DNA of 63,839 bases, counting the filler, from Phoronis australis (Eukaryota; Animalia; Phoronida), in assembly GCA_002633005.1 (NCBI GenBank). It is 9 parts of 9 records of this genome, joined end to end, with 100 filler letters (N's around TTAATTAATTAA, not from the genome) between each part and the next. Parts side by side here need not be neighbours in the genome. Positions count along the whole stretch, not along the records: positions 25,594 to 51,893 come from NMRA01000608.1; 8 more parts are not named here. One strand, given 5' to 3'. The notes below the pieces were generated by a model. It saw nothing but the letters and a program-made list of their open reading frames with translations. It had not been told where the DNA came from and made no database searches. Below are positions 36,235 through 50,069 of this stretch, in pieces. Within the stretch, counting starts at the first letter, position 1, and every line of letters starts with the position of its first letter. The position numbers and the translations under genes are program-made.

Positions 36235-39200
36235 CCTTGCAGTTGTCTGTCTCCCATTTTTGCTCACAAGGCTGTTGTTAGTATTCAGGAATTCCATGAA
36301 CGTGTAGAATCGTCATTTACTTATAGTTTCGGCTCATGCAGTTTTGCTATGCCTTATTAAAGTTTCTCGAGGAGGCCCTGACTTATAAGTGTTAGGTATG
36401 CTTGTCTCGGTCTCCAGATTCCTACCCCTACCTTCGGCTATTGGCGTACCATTTCTGTTCTTTGTTTTTATCACTCTTGTTCTGCGTTTCGTTTTGTATT
36501 TTATGACTAGTTACACCAGTGTAGAGATGACATTAATCTAGACACTAAAAGAACTTTCAAGTTCGCTGCAATAAAATAGTTATCGTAATTCATGGTCACG
36601 TTGCCGGAATGTTAATGGAAAATATCGGTAGTTACGTCACATGTGAAGTATGGAAAGTAGCTCTTCGGGAATTTCACAGTTGGATAACTCAGGGCTTGGA
36701 ATTTTCCTCTTTCCACGTAATTATCATTTCGCTTACCTGACTGGTTCATTTTTTAATTCTAAAAAACGAAAGTTTCCAAACTGCGAAAAAATAGCAGTAG
36801 TAACATGAAAAGGAAATGAACCAGAGAGTTTATACAAGTGACTAATCAAAGCAACAGGGAGATAATTTCAATGTTTCAAGAGATTTCTACCTTATAAGGT
36901 CAACGATTTTAAAAATGGGTCCCTCACACTTGCTATGGATAATTTAGTCAGGCATTTATCCAAAATTATACATCTTTATTTATTATAATCGAACCTTTTG
37001 ATACAATTACTCAATAAAAATTCAGAATGCAGCGATATTTTCTAAAAATGCCATGAACTACTCCAAGTATCTATCTGGAAATTCGCAGATAAAGGTTTCC
37101 TGATAGATGAAAAATCTGCAAACATCTATCACGTGACATAGAAATGTACTGTACTCATCACACTGATGGCATGACTTTTCATGACAGTTTAGACTGAAAT
37201 AAACACTTTTCTTCAGGAAGTAAAAGTTAGTGATCGTGATACATTGTAGTGTGTGTTACCGTAAACAAGAGACACTGGAACATATTTTTACGACTGTTAT
37301 ATTACCAAAGAAAGTGGACTGTGGAAACAATGATAGTAATAAAAAGAGATGTTATTTTGAACACCTGTTGCACAGTTGTCATGGTCAACATTCAAGAACG
37401 AAAAAACGGAACAACAGGATTGAAAAGAGGGACTCCAGAACAAAGAGCTCGACTCCTAGGTCTAAGCCAAAACGTAAGGTTGATATGTTCACCGCAACAC
37501 ACAACGACATACCAACAGTGTTTTTTGTCGAATGGGAGCTGCAACACCCAAAATACTCGACAGCGTTTTTTGTTGTTTTTTGTAGTTGAATGGCAAATTG
37601 CGGATGCCGCAAAAAACCCCAAAACGTACCGTTTTTTCTTTTTAATCGAGCGCCAAAATAGGGCTATGTCGCATGGGAAATTACAATAGTATATGATAAT
37701 ACATGTCAATTTAGCCGTGTGTCAAGAAGTGGGATGGTGTGGCGGGATGGCATCCCGAAGGGTAACAGGTCGGCACTTCTAAAGAGTGACCAGTGTCATT
37801 GTCGGGTTTGTGGTGTAACTTTGCCGCGAAATCGCTGATTGAATGGAGCCGTACCTCGAGAGTCTCGCTTGTCAAGGCTTAGAATTTTCTTCTTCAGAGG
37901 ATTTCCTGTTTTGTTGTCGATTTCCTCTTATTTGATTTCCACTTTCTTCTTTTTTCATTTTTATCATTATTTTGACTTCGTTCATGCAAAAACGTTCGTT
38001 TCAGCTAAATTTTATCACACTAAAATTATTTCTATCACACAAGGCTATTTATTTGTGGAAGGATACATCTCCTGGAAAAGTTTCATCTTTTTTGTCATTG
38101 GTCATTGCAAGACTCGCTTGATGAACAATAATAAAAAAATGAAAATGAAATAATGAAATAAGGCTCGATTTGATAACTACAACTCTCGATCAAAACTCAC
38201 CCGAGCAGGCAGCCGGAAATTCTTAGTGAAAACTCTCACGGCTATAGTCTCGGGTTTGCACCGTGACGCTATGATAGAATTCATAGGTCACGTGCTGGGG
38301 TTGGCATTCCAGGACTACTCGTATCATTCAGTAGCACGCGTTTTATCACTGGTTGATGTAAACTCGTCAGTCATTAGTTAGCTTAACAACAAAGAGAGAA
38401 AATGGCGGACTTACACTCTTTCACTGTGCTACGAAAGGTGGCACTGAACAGTTAGGCTGCGGCTGCGCCAATTTGCACTCTGAAAATATTAACATTTTGG
38501 GGTAGGCCAAGTTTGGGGGCATTTTTAGGTAGGCATTGCATGGAGACTCAGTGAATGTGGTTTGTTTGTATCTGTGAACATGCTGAGAATGAAAAAAGGC
38601 CACTTTCTCGGCTGTAGCTGCACTCTTCTTCAAGATGGTGGCCCACTGTTGCAATTGGCATTGCTGTGTAGCAACTGAGAAATTGGCCGCGATTTCAGGT
38701 AGCCCTCAAACAAGCCAGATTTGCAAAAAACCTAGTCGGTTGACAGTACTTTTGGACCACATTTTTGAAATCGGTGGGGAATTTGCTTTCGGAATCTAGT
38801 GTTGGGTTTAGTCTAGCATCGGCAGGGAAGTGGTGGTTTTGGGGTGAAAAGTGCCGATTTTGCATTTTTTTGCCCTTATTTTTCTTAGTCTGACTTGGTT
38901 TCCATTGGGAGTGAAAGGGTCAAAAATGCAAGAGAGAATAAAGTTTCTGTGTTCATCTGTAGGGCTTGTGATGACTCAAAACTTTTCTTTATTTGCATGC
39001 ACTTTTTGACAGAGTGAAGAAAGGGTGAAGAGTCCATTGACGTGTGTTCTGACAGGCAAACCACTGTGAGAACTGTTCAGTGCCTCCAAAGGTAGTACTG
39101 TGGATCGATGTTTGTCATCGCTTCTCATTGGTTAAAGTAATGAAACCGGCGTCATAACATTCAATCATTCCCATTGGTTGAAAAACTGGGAAACCCCTTT

Positions 39201-39546
39201 CACTTTACTGTACGTAGTATGCCGACCACCATTGACTTGAATAGATGCAATTTATTAAAGCGGACAGTGATCGAAGCTAACAAAATCAATGGAACCTCGC
39301 TCCCGTGGCTAAGCCCAAACAAGTACAGTGCCATGAAGGCATGTGCAAGTGGTGGCGATGTGATCGATAAACTTCCAACCAAGCATGCGCATTGATGCCA
39401 ACACACGGAATTCCGTGTGTCCTTCATCATGTTTCCACTGGGCCACTGCTCAGTATAGGTGGCGCTGTGTCATAGGATAGTTTCCACAGGGCCACTTCTC
39501 AGGATAGATGGCGCTGTGTCAGAGGGTAATGGCGGACTGCGAACAA

Positions 39547-40505
39547 TTTTTATGCGCCATCATATTTATATGTGGGTGCATATTACCGTCATCTCTGTCC
39601 GGCGTCCGCGGCTGTATCTCCTAAACCCCTTGCTGGATCTTATTGAAATTTGGCGGGTGTGTTCATATGGGGTTGATGACAGAGAGCGACGAATTCCGGA
39701 CTGACTCGAATACCGCTGTGCCCCCTAGTGGCAATTTTAGTTTTTTACGTTTGCCTCTGTATCTTCAAATGTCGTCAATCGATGTTCATAGACATCTATT
39801 AATGAGCTTACGCTATCCCCCGTTTTCGGATGGGTTCGAGGCATTTTGCGTCATCTAGTGGGCATTTTTACTATTTTCGAGTCCGTTTTTTGGCGTCCGC
39901 CCCTCTATCACCCAAACCACTTTAAGGATGATTATGAAAATTGGCATGTATGTTTTTACTATGAAGAGGACGGTTGACGATGAATTTCCTAAGACTTCGA
40001 CTACTGTAGCGCCTCCTAGTGGCAGTTTTGTTTGTTTTTGGCGCCCATGGCTGTATCTCCTAAACGCTCTACAGGATCTTTATCAAATGTAGCAAGTGTA
40101 TTTATATGAAGTTGACAACGGACGACAACGACTTTCGGACAGATCAGACTACGGGTGTGTCCCCTAGTGGCAATTTTAGTTTTTTACGTTTACCTCGGTA
40201 TCATCAAAGTCCTCAACGGATTTCTATAAAATTTGGCTCATTGGCATCTATTAATGAGGTGACGCTATCCTCCCGTTTTCGTATGGATTTGAGGTATTTT
40301 GCGCCACCTGGTGGCCATTTTATTGTTTTCATGTCTGTTTTCGGCGTTTGTCTCTCCGTCAACCAAACCACTCTAAGGATGATTGTGAAAATTGTCATGT
40401 ATGTTCTTACTATGAAGAGGACGATTGGCAATGATTCTCCGACGACTTCGACTACTGTGGCGCCTCCTAGTGGCCCATACCTGTATGTCCTAAGTCCTCT
40501 GCAGC
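39547..40505 (+). mobile_element. HINE/DINE-1-like element, copy C
   Basis: Same 5' end as 22740; six internal units of about 130-160 bp in an ABCABC pattern. Confidence 0.75.
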
Positions 40506-40768
40506 ATCTTGAAGCAAACTTGTTTTGGACCAACATGACCAAAACATTCCTTAGCCACGTTCAAGTTTCAACATTCACGAGCAATGTCATCTGAATTTGC
40601 AGTGGGTAATTAACTTAGTTATCACAAAAACATTTTTCCAAACGATTTCCGATGCATCGATTCCAACTAGGTGGCGGGTGTAGCTAACAAGTGGGTCAAG
40701 GTGGTGCATTGTGGTCCGCTTTAAAGTAGGACAACAGTTCATTCCTAAGCACTCCACGCGCTGGGAGG

Positions 40769-41228
40769 TTAGTAACCCCAGTACGAAATCGATACAGAAA
40801 ATGGGTCGGTGGCCAAACAGGCCCGTAGGAAGGTAAAATTATTGGGGTGAAGGGGCACATGAACCATTTCGTTTTCATCAAAATCTTGCTCCCACCCCTT
40901 TCCTATGGCCAACTCCACCATTATCCGGATGTCACCAATTTCACCCTCATGCCTGACATAAGTGGGATGCAAACCTCCCGGGAGGTAACCCTGTTTCAAC
41001 AAAATGTCGCGGAGATGGAAAATGAGACCGGCCAGCGCAACTGCATACCTGAGAGTTGGACTGTCTGTCTCATGAACTATGTACCGGTAGCTCACGCCGA
41101 CTGAAGGTGTGAAAGTACGAATTGGATTAACTAGGCTAGCCGCTGGTCAGCTTTAGACGGGTAGCTCAGCTCTTACTTATCAGTCCGATCTGTACTGGCC
41201 CTAAGGTACCTTTATCTTCCGGTTTCAT
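40769..41228 (-). CDS. Putative two-exon orphan gene, 127 aa
   Basis: Exon 41228-41177 (MKPEDKGTLGPVQIGLI, donor GTAAGA), a 76-nt intron ending CTTTCACACCTTCAG, and exon 41100-40769 in phase and open to its stop. No family recognised. Confidence 0.4.
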
Positions 41229-42689
41229 TTGGGGAACACCATTTTGGAGTTATGCTTTGAAGGTATGAATTTTGAACGGGTGAAGTTCCGGAGTCTCTGG
41301 TACATTGCTTTTGTGGCTGTTAAAAATCTCTTGTTAAAACTCGCGTAGCACAATTTCAGGTGTCTGGGGGACAATGATTCACAGGGTACCCCCAGAAACA
41401 TGTACTCGGTCTTCAGTACAACGCGGGGAGTTCAAATTCAGTTCCTGTACATCAGATTCTGCGCCCGTGCTTACTTCACGGTTTACATGTTTTTTCAAAG
41501 ACCGTGCGTGAGGCATCACGTGCTACGTATGCAAACAAAAGACTCAGTTTAGTTACCTGGAGAACGGAAATTTATTGCGCAATATAACTGGAAACTAAAA
41601 ATATCAAGAAAGTTAATGAACGATGCGTTTAATTTGATCAAAAGACTTAACTGCTTTTGATCTCCTGTTTGTGAATGTAAACCGCTAATCGTGTTCCTAA
41701 CTCAATAAACAGTGCATTTATTGTCATTTGAATTGTGCAGTGGTGGATCTACGGGGGGGGGTGAGGGGGTTTAAACCCCCCCCCCTCGCGCCAGGACCCA
41801 AAAATTAAAAAAAAGAAAACAAAAGCGTCTCCAGCAAAACAAAAACGGCACCGCCAGCGTGTGTAAACCCCAAGTAAACCAACTTGGAAAAAATTGAGGG
41901 GGGAGGTTCACTCTGAAAATACAGTTTTTTGCATTGTGGCTCATCGGCAAAACGCGCGGGGATTTATTGTGCGCGCGCTTCGGTCGACACTTCTGAAGTA
42001 GCCAAGCATTTTAGATGGATTCACCGCTGAAAGAGCAGTTCTATGGCTGATTTCTTTAGGTAACTAGCTTCTTTTAAGATACATTTTGATTTGATTTGGG
42101 GAAATACTGCGGTGCCGCAACCCTGATGTTCAAGCGAATTGATGTGCAACGTTTTTACCTCGTCTGTAATGCCTTGCCATTCTATTACACTCCACACGTT
42201 TGTAACTGTTGTATAGTAAAGTTGTCTTGCGCAATATTATACAGTGTACATATACATGTAATATTGTGTACATGTACATGTAATATTTTTGAAAAAAAAT
42301 CTTTTTCCGAAGAATTGCTATTGTGGCGGGCGCCGTGGTCTGGTCGCGAGTCCGTTTGAAGACCACACTCTATAACGAGTTATGTTTATACAAGGAATGA
42401 CCAAGGGGGCACTCACATTGAGAAAGTGACCGCATTCGCGAAAAGTGTACAGTACCAGAAATTGCGGGGAGGCAGTTCTTTCACAACAAAGTTTTGCGGG
42501 ACTCGTGCGATGTTCAACAGGCCTCCTAAGGAGCCCCAGTTCCGACCTCAACACCTGTCTACCTGCAATAAGCACACTGCCGTCTTCTATACTGGGAATT
42601 TCCGCATAAAGGCTCACCCGATGAAACGCTCATGCCCATGGGCATTTATTTGATATTAGTACTTCGGGTTTCAAGCGTTCAGACATTGG

Positions 42690-43030
42690 GACGTTTATTT
42701 CGAAAATTGCAAGAGATGCAAATAGGTCCTGGGATGCTTCGTCAAGGTTTGAAGTAGCCCATGATGAACGGATCAAATTTAGTTGTGCATGTAAGTCTTT
42801 TGAATGGACTTGACAACCTCAAGGGTCTTAGTGTGAACTGAGCTGCGAAACGAGATGCTGACATTGTAGAGGCTTACTAGCTCATTGACACAGCAGTTGA
42901 CGAAGTGCAAGCGTTGGGAACAAACATCGAAGATATCTGGGTAGAATGGTTCCAAGACGAGCAAATCACTGGATCCGATATACAAATTCCTCGACAGTCT
43001 AGACAACAGAAGGATAGGACTAACGTATGA
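42690..43030 (+). pseudogene. hAT transposase remnant (ZMYM1/THAP12-like clade)
   Basis: LKGLSV..(fs)KRDADIVEAY*LIDTAVDEVQALGTNIEDIWVEWFQD...IQIPRQSRQQKDRTN matches the hAT motif LS..LQ....D...A...I......PR...RQ..R.N. Confidence 0.7.
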
Positions 43031-43446
43031 GTAACCACTGGGGATTAAAATTTTAGAGAGAAGTTTTCAATTAAAATTTTTTGCATAGTACACTTTAGGT
43101 CTCGCGACAGACCAGGCCAGCTTGATTTGTGTAGATGTTGAGTTTCAGTGTACTTCTGGTCCCTCGGCGAACTAGTCTTGTGATTTTTTTTACCAAAGTG
43201 TGCTTTGTAAAACTATTTATCTCAGCCAGTACTGTTTGGACCCGCGACAGATCGATTATTTTTATAGGGATAATAAGCACAGGTGTACTCTTGGTCTCGT
43301 GACGGAACAGGTCAGCTTTTTGTGTACTCTCAGTGTACATCTGGTCCCTCTGCAAACTAGTCCAGTGTATCTTTTCACCACTGTGCACAGGATGTTTTGG
43401 TTTCGTGAAACTGTTTTCAGATGATTTGTTTCCTGATAGATTTGAC

Positions 43447-43667
43447 GTTCGAACGACCCCCCCCCCATTTCGTGACGTAGGAAGTAAAGTCCACCTCAAA
43501 GATACAAACACTCCCAAAAAAGTAAAAAACGAGACAAAATCCCACTAAAAAGGCAGGAAATGCAAAAATGCACAATTCATAGCCCTGAACGTACCCCGGG
43601 AATCTTAGTAAAAGGTCCACATTATCAAAAATTCGAGCCCCCCATTTTTAGGCAGGGTGGGCGCATG
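43447..43667. mobile_element. hAT5-like MITE, truncated
   Basis: Homologous to 15495-15724; ends GGGTGGGCGCATG. Confidence 0.7.
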
Positions 43668-46065
43668 GAACTGTCTGAATTTCATCAATGTCTTTGAGAG
43701 TTGTTTTAGATAGGGAAATATTGTCTAAGTGTACTGTACTATTTGGGGATTGGATTATAAAGTTTTACAACTTCAGACTGCAACTAAATTCACTAAAACT
43801 TCATCAACTCTTACAAGATTCGCTTCTAATTGTCAAAAAGTATCTATGAATCTGTCTATTTTCGTAGATACACCAACATTTAATTCAGAAACCAACGAAT
43901 TTGTTCATCAAAACGGAATATTGTAAGTAATTTCCACAGGTATGCTCACAGATTTTTGACGGGTAACCAGGGGAACAGGGGAGATGGGGCATTCATATTA
44001 AGGTGCATTTGTGCTCATTTCAGAGGTTCCTATAACGGTTCAATACAAACTTGAACTCTTAAAAACGCAGACATCTTTGTTGATGTTTACGAGTACTTTG
44101 AGTACCCCGTTCGATCACAAATCGTAGCCTCGACAGTCTTTTCGACAGGTGCGAATTTCTTGCAAACAACTCCTATTAATGATCTTCAAAAGAAGTACCA
44201 TTCTTTTTATACTATGGAAAAAGTAACATTATTTTATAACTAACCATCAGAAATAGACCTTTTGTGTAATTCACAAATAGTGGCCTTCAACCTCTTCAAA
44301 ATTCCACCTTTCGATGGCTGTCAATTTTATTGTTATTTTTCACATTTTTTTGGTAGTTTGGAGCGAATGTTTTGATACTGGTGTGCTCTGCACGGGTGTG
44401 TTGTGTTTTTGGTGAGTTTGGAATCTCAGCTTTCCTTCTTAAATACTTGGCAGTGTCGGATTTACATGTATAGAGGGACAAAGGGACAATTAACCCTAAC
44501 TGCCCCACCGAGAGAGGTTCCCGTCTGTTATGGGACACCTTACGATGAAAGGCTAAACATCAATAAGCTCGGAAAAGAGTGCAACCAATTCCATCGTCGT
44601 GTGACCCTGCAAGAAGTGACACTCCTCAAAATGAAAGTAGAGGTAATCGATTCCAACATTGGGCACTCGCTTTGTGAGCGGCCCCTTAAGAATTTGTCAA
44701 TGGAAACACGAAAAGGGTGGCAGCTTGCATGTCACCAATGGCTCCCTTCAAGGACTGGGCCCCTAAATATGGAAAGATCAATATTTAGCTTTCAAAAATC
44801 AGGAATGCGCAGCAGTTGATGTTACCTGTCAGGTCATCAATTTTCTGAAGTGATATACAATTTCGAGAAAAAAACGAAAAAAATAGAGCGACTGTTGTCT
44901 CCGGTATCCTTTGCCAAAGAGGGGCGTCTGGAAAAATATAATTTTGCAGCAAACTGTCTTATTAAATTTAAAAATCCAGTGAATTTCATACACTCCCAAA
45001 GCTTCGAATTACAAATCATTCTCTATTTTTCGAAAGGCATGCAGGAATGATTAAGTGCACGTATTCAGGTGTGTTTAGACGACCTATGCTGCAAAAACAG
45101 AGACCTCACAACAATATCCTGGCCAGGGCCCTCAAAGGGTAAACCATGCACTGATACTGAGTTTTCAAATGATCTCTTGAATTTTCTCTCATGTCCGTGT
45201 TTCGCAGTCTTTCTTTTCTCGACTGTCCCCAATTCCATGCCTACATGTATGTCGGTTGCCACCCTGACCCCTGCAATTTTTTTGCCACGTACCCCCCGGT
45301 CCTCCACTTTTTACGGCCTTGCGTAGTTAGGTGCTTTGTTGTTAAGGTTTGACAAATGAATATGAGTATTATCTCATCGGCAATCATTCTGTTCGTAAAT
45401 GCATTCAAAACCACCTTCAGATTTTTATTTTTTCTCAAAATCTACTTCAAAAATGTGGGTTCAAGTCCAAATTTGCAGTTTTTGGCAATGGGGGGTTACC
45501 TTCAACACGCCGTAACTCAAAAAACAACAAGGATCACGTGGAAAAACAGAGTGCGGTAACGCTTTGGGTAATAAAAACTGGTTTCGAAATTTAGTCTGCA
45601 AATTTGTGCTCCGGAAGTTGATTTCTAGTTCCTCAGATATTTCAAGAAGAAAATAAATAATTAGGGGTACACCTTAGTATGTCATAGAACAAACAAAGAA
45701 ACTATTCACATTATTCTTTTCTCAGTTAAGGCAATAATTCTACAATAACTTTTGGATAATTGCCAAAAATCGTTGATTTGCCACTTGAACCTTCCTGGCA
45801 ACGCATTGCTGAAATAAGAAAATCGCCCTTAGTTGTCAGTAAAACCAAATCCTGGTAATCACATTTCAAAGTTCGGGACTCCCTTTGGCCGTATCATTGC
45901 GCAACTTCCTTTGTCAAAGCTTTGCAAAACAACAGTGTTTACGCTACCGACATCAGGGTCACTGAAAGGTAGCCAATGGGTGTCGAGGAATAAGGAATCC
46001 GTGACCTGTTGACTAGTCACAAAGCTGTTGCTTCTCGGTCTAGTAGCGCAGAGAAATCGGCGAGA

Positions 46066-46117
46066 ATGGGTTTATGTATTTTACAACATGCCGGCCTGCT
46101 CGTGCTCTACGTGAGTG
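46066..46117 (+). CDS. Possible signal-peptide first exon
   Basis: ATG...MGLCILQHAGLLVLYVS followed by G|GTAAGT; no downstream exon identified. Confidence 0.25.
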
Positions 46118-49100
46118 GTAAGTACATCCAGTTTTCCACATTTTTAGTCCAAATTAACCCTACAGCCGCATAACGAAACAAAAGGCCTCGCTCAGCCTGG
46201 AAGTGGAAACAGCGTACGTCACGCAACTAGATACGATACCACACTTGAAACTCTCTGCATTATACGTAAACTAGCACTTACACTAGTTTGCGTGTTTTAC
46301 TTAGATTCGGTTCAATAACTGGGCTTCATTTCGTCTGCTTCACTTTTTCATAAATTATCTCTTTGTCGAAGCATTTTTGAACGCACTTGAAATGTCCATT
46401 GTTTGGCAGCCGTTCTCGGCGCTGCATGTTGCATGACCTGCATTTCACAACTCACGAGTGGGAGAGTTTCAGGAAGTAATGGAGGTTGATAGCGTGAGAC
46501 CGGTGACTCATATCAAGGAGTGTGCGTAGAATACTACAGCCCTGTAGGCCTACAACACTCCTTGCTCATATCGCCACCCAGCTGAGCCAGAAGTTACTTT
46601 GTCGTCGAAGCGGGTGCACAGACTAACAGTTTGACTTCGAGAAAAGACTATTTTAATACAGTGTATCTGTATGTGATGACACCGAATGCGTTTTAAACAA
46701 AGGTTGTAAAATGTCTCCTCCGTCCTCTAGAAACCTCTGGTCGCCGGTCCCACGTGACCAGTCACCAAGTTGCTATTTGAAAGTCTCGAAAGAAGGCAAA
46801 GAAGAGTCTTAACGTCTGACGCTGAATCGACTCTGTTGAAAAACCCGTTTTGAAAAAAATAATGAATTGTATATAGCAATTTTAATTCTTAAGTAAAGCT
46901 GACAGCGTTCAGAAAATCTACGAAACTGTTTTGGGTTCTTGTCTTAAATGCCGTTAGAGAGAGAGAGAGAAGGAAAACTTTTTATTTAATCAGATACACC
47001 AATACATACAAACACAAGAATACAATAACGACTGCTGTCATTTGTGTATGTGTTTCTTTTCATTTAAATGGCAAACAGTCCCAGTGTTCCAAGCAGTCTT
47101 CACTTGATGAAATGCTTCTGAACGATCATGAAGTTCAGTCCATCGAATTCTAGATACAAGGTATTGCTTTTGAAATTCAGTCCATCTAATTTCTGCTACA
47201 GTGTATCGGATTGAAATTCAGTCCATCGAATTTCTATTACTTGTGACATTTCTCAGCAAACCAGTAGCATCTCTTCAAGAATATCTGTGATATCTCTGTA
47301 GCAAGCTGGTTGTCTCTCTCCAAGAAATATCTGATACCTCTATAGCAATCTGGTTGCCTCTCGTCAAGAAATATGCCTTCTTGAGTAGTTACAGTATACT
47401 TATACTCAACCAGAATAAAGGTGAGCGAGTTAGATCAAATCATGAAACCCACAAACGTCCTCCAAATGCTACCCATAGTTCCAAAACAATTCTCGGAACA
47501 ACATCGTAGGATTCTAACTATGAACCTAAACTTTCACCAAATATGGTGACCGACAGACAAACCTTTAAGTAATTTTCGATGAATAATAACAAGACTATTG
47601 TCAGAACTGGCTCACCTCAAAATTGACCGGTGAATTTAAAGTTATATAACTCTGTCAACATAACATAAACACATAAGACCCTTTCATATTGACTTAACTC
47701 CAGTCTGAGCGGAGCGTCGACGTAAACAGCGCAGTTATAGTCAAAGCCAAGTTTACCGATTCATTTCCTATGAACTCACAGGAGGCAATAAATTTCGGTA
47801 AACAACTAATACCTTTAATTAATTGCACAACAACCACTATATACTTAACTAATACTTCTAATACAATGTTATTCTCATGTACATAGCTAACCCAAAGATG
47901 TTCTGTATCTGCATCATTCATACTAATGATATAAATGTTAAATAAATGACATGTTCATCCTACATAAAATCTCCCCGTAACAATTTCATTCAAAGCGTGT
48001 ACTGGGAAATTGCTGTGGTTCAAAAATGGCAAATGGTAATACCATCTGTTTTGTGTTGATGTTTTTTTCGTTGGAGGCATAGTATATGGTGGTCGTTAGA
48101 TTATATCATTAGTAATGTAACCGGGAAAATGAGATGGTGATGTTCTGCACTTGTTTTCTCGAAGTGGTCGATATTCTTGGATGAATACTTCCGTTTCCAA
48201 GCCCTGAATATAGTAAGCGTTTTTATCACGGATTACGGGAAGTTATACAAATGAAGAAAAATATCCAAATCCGGTGGTAATTCCAGTAGTCTCGAATGAT
48301 TTAAGTGACATCTAGTGTTTATTATTCGTACCCAGTTCAATCGTCTCGGAAAATTTGAATAAGGTTTCCTGTCCTGTCCCCGGGATTTCTGTTTCAAAGG
48401 TCAGGGTTTGTGTTTTTAAAACTAGTTAGATGCTTTGAAGGTGTGGAATTCCAGAATTCCTGTTTCGATGGAACACCCTGAAGTAGAAGGCAACGTAAAT
48501 TTAGGTTTGTTTTGGCATTCCTCACGTTTGGCCCGGGCGTTCTCATTAACAATCCTTTTCTCATCAATTCCTTTCTCATCAATTAGTTTTCTTTTCTCGT
48601 TAACTCTTTTGAACATATCTTAAAGCGACCTTTTGCTAAGGAGTAAATCTACCCACGAATGCTCAAGTGAAAAGTACGCCGTTTACGTGATACGAGGTGG
48701 CCTCAAGTCCAGTAACTGAAGTGCAGTTGATGAGAAAAGTACTGCACCTCTCCAAGATAATCAATACAAGGACGCTGATAACGAGAATCCATGTGAAGTC
48801 GGTGAGGCAAGAAGATTACACATGTTTACTCAGCTCTCAGAAAAACAAAATTAATGAAAGCGCTCGTAGGAGCGACACTTGGCGAAATTGACTAAAAATA
48901 TGAATGGGAATGGAGACGATGATAGCAATGACAAAAATCACATGACGAATAAAGATGTCAGAAATGAGCAAGAAATCTAGTTTTTTTCAATAGAAGGCAA
49001 ACCAACAAAAGTGCAACAAAAATCAGTCAGCAACGGAACAGCCTCATCAGAAACGTCCGAATAATTTTAAATGAACAAAACGAAAAGCATCTCCTGAAAG

Positions 49101-50069
49101 CAAGTTCACAAAATTCCCCAAAATTTTCGAAAAAAATTCAAATTTTGCATCTTTTTAAAATTGAATGTCAAATAAATCAAAAACGGTAACTCTGAGAGAA
49201 AAATTGTTACAGTTCATTGAAAAGAGTTTACCTTAAAAATCTTAGTTCTACATGCAAAAATTCACGTCATTTGCTTTTCCTTTTCAAAATAAAACCCAAG
49301 CGCGATTGAAAGGTGATGAAAATGTGTGTGTCAGATCGGCTATTTTGAAAACAGCTGCTCGCTTCGATAGCTTTGTTGGCTTATCGGCATAGTTGTATTT
49401 CGCGTTGCTCTAACGGCTAGAAAATATACGGACACTCAACAGTCTGCTTTACAATCCCTACGGACGTTGAGATTCGGAAGCGTTAGGTCGTTGCCATACG
49501 CCTCGACGAAGGAAACATGTCCGTGTAAAATTTATAAATTGCGTTTTCGAAAAGTTAGATCATATTTTGTCGCATATCGGTTGCCGAGCATCATAGCAAC
49601 AACCGGACAATCTTCGGCCAGCCAGATTGTGTTTTCATGACTACGGGTTGAAACGTGATGCATTTTTCTTTTCAAAAGGGGTCATCAATCCCTCGATTTT
49701 GGGGCCGAGTATCGGCCCCATTCCTCTCTCAAAAATATTGAAAATAACGCGATATTCCCCCACGAAGCCTAAAAATTCCTCTATTGATTAAAAATTTCTC
49801 TCCGAAGTTCAAATCATTTGTAACCACACTGAGGTGACAATTTGGAAGAGCACAAAATGCTACTTGAGACAGAGCCTATGAGAGCTTGCAACAGGGCTGG
49901 GGTGCTATTGGTGATGATCTGGAGGTAGATTTTTCCCCTCACTCGGCGAAAAACTCCCCTCTCAGAACGGGTACAGGCACCTTTCCCCTCGGATGAACGA
50001 GGCCCCAGAAGAAACATGATAACTGTGCTTGCTCTGTCCAGTTAACTGATACTGAGCTCTAATCGAAGT

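Noticed and set aside
37230-37709. Cluster of overlapping ORFs on both strands
   Set aside because: No motifs or splice support; consistent with chance open frames in non-coding or repeat DNA.
40106-40594. 162-aa ORF (longest in the ORF track)
   Set aside because: It lies almost entirely within HINE tandem units and has no domain motif.
43995-45677. Another Kolobok-like element with transposase remnants (ORF 44403-44819)
   Set aside because: Only about 6 bp of terminal match (AAGGTG / CACCTT) and weak Cys-pattern similarity; not supportable.
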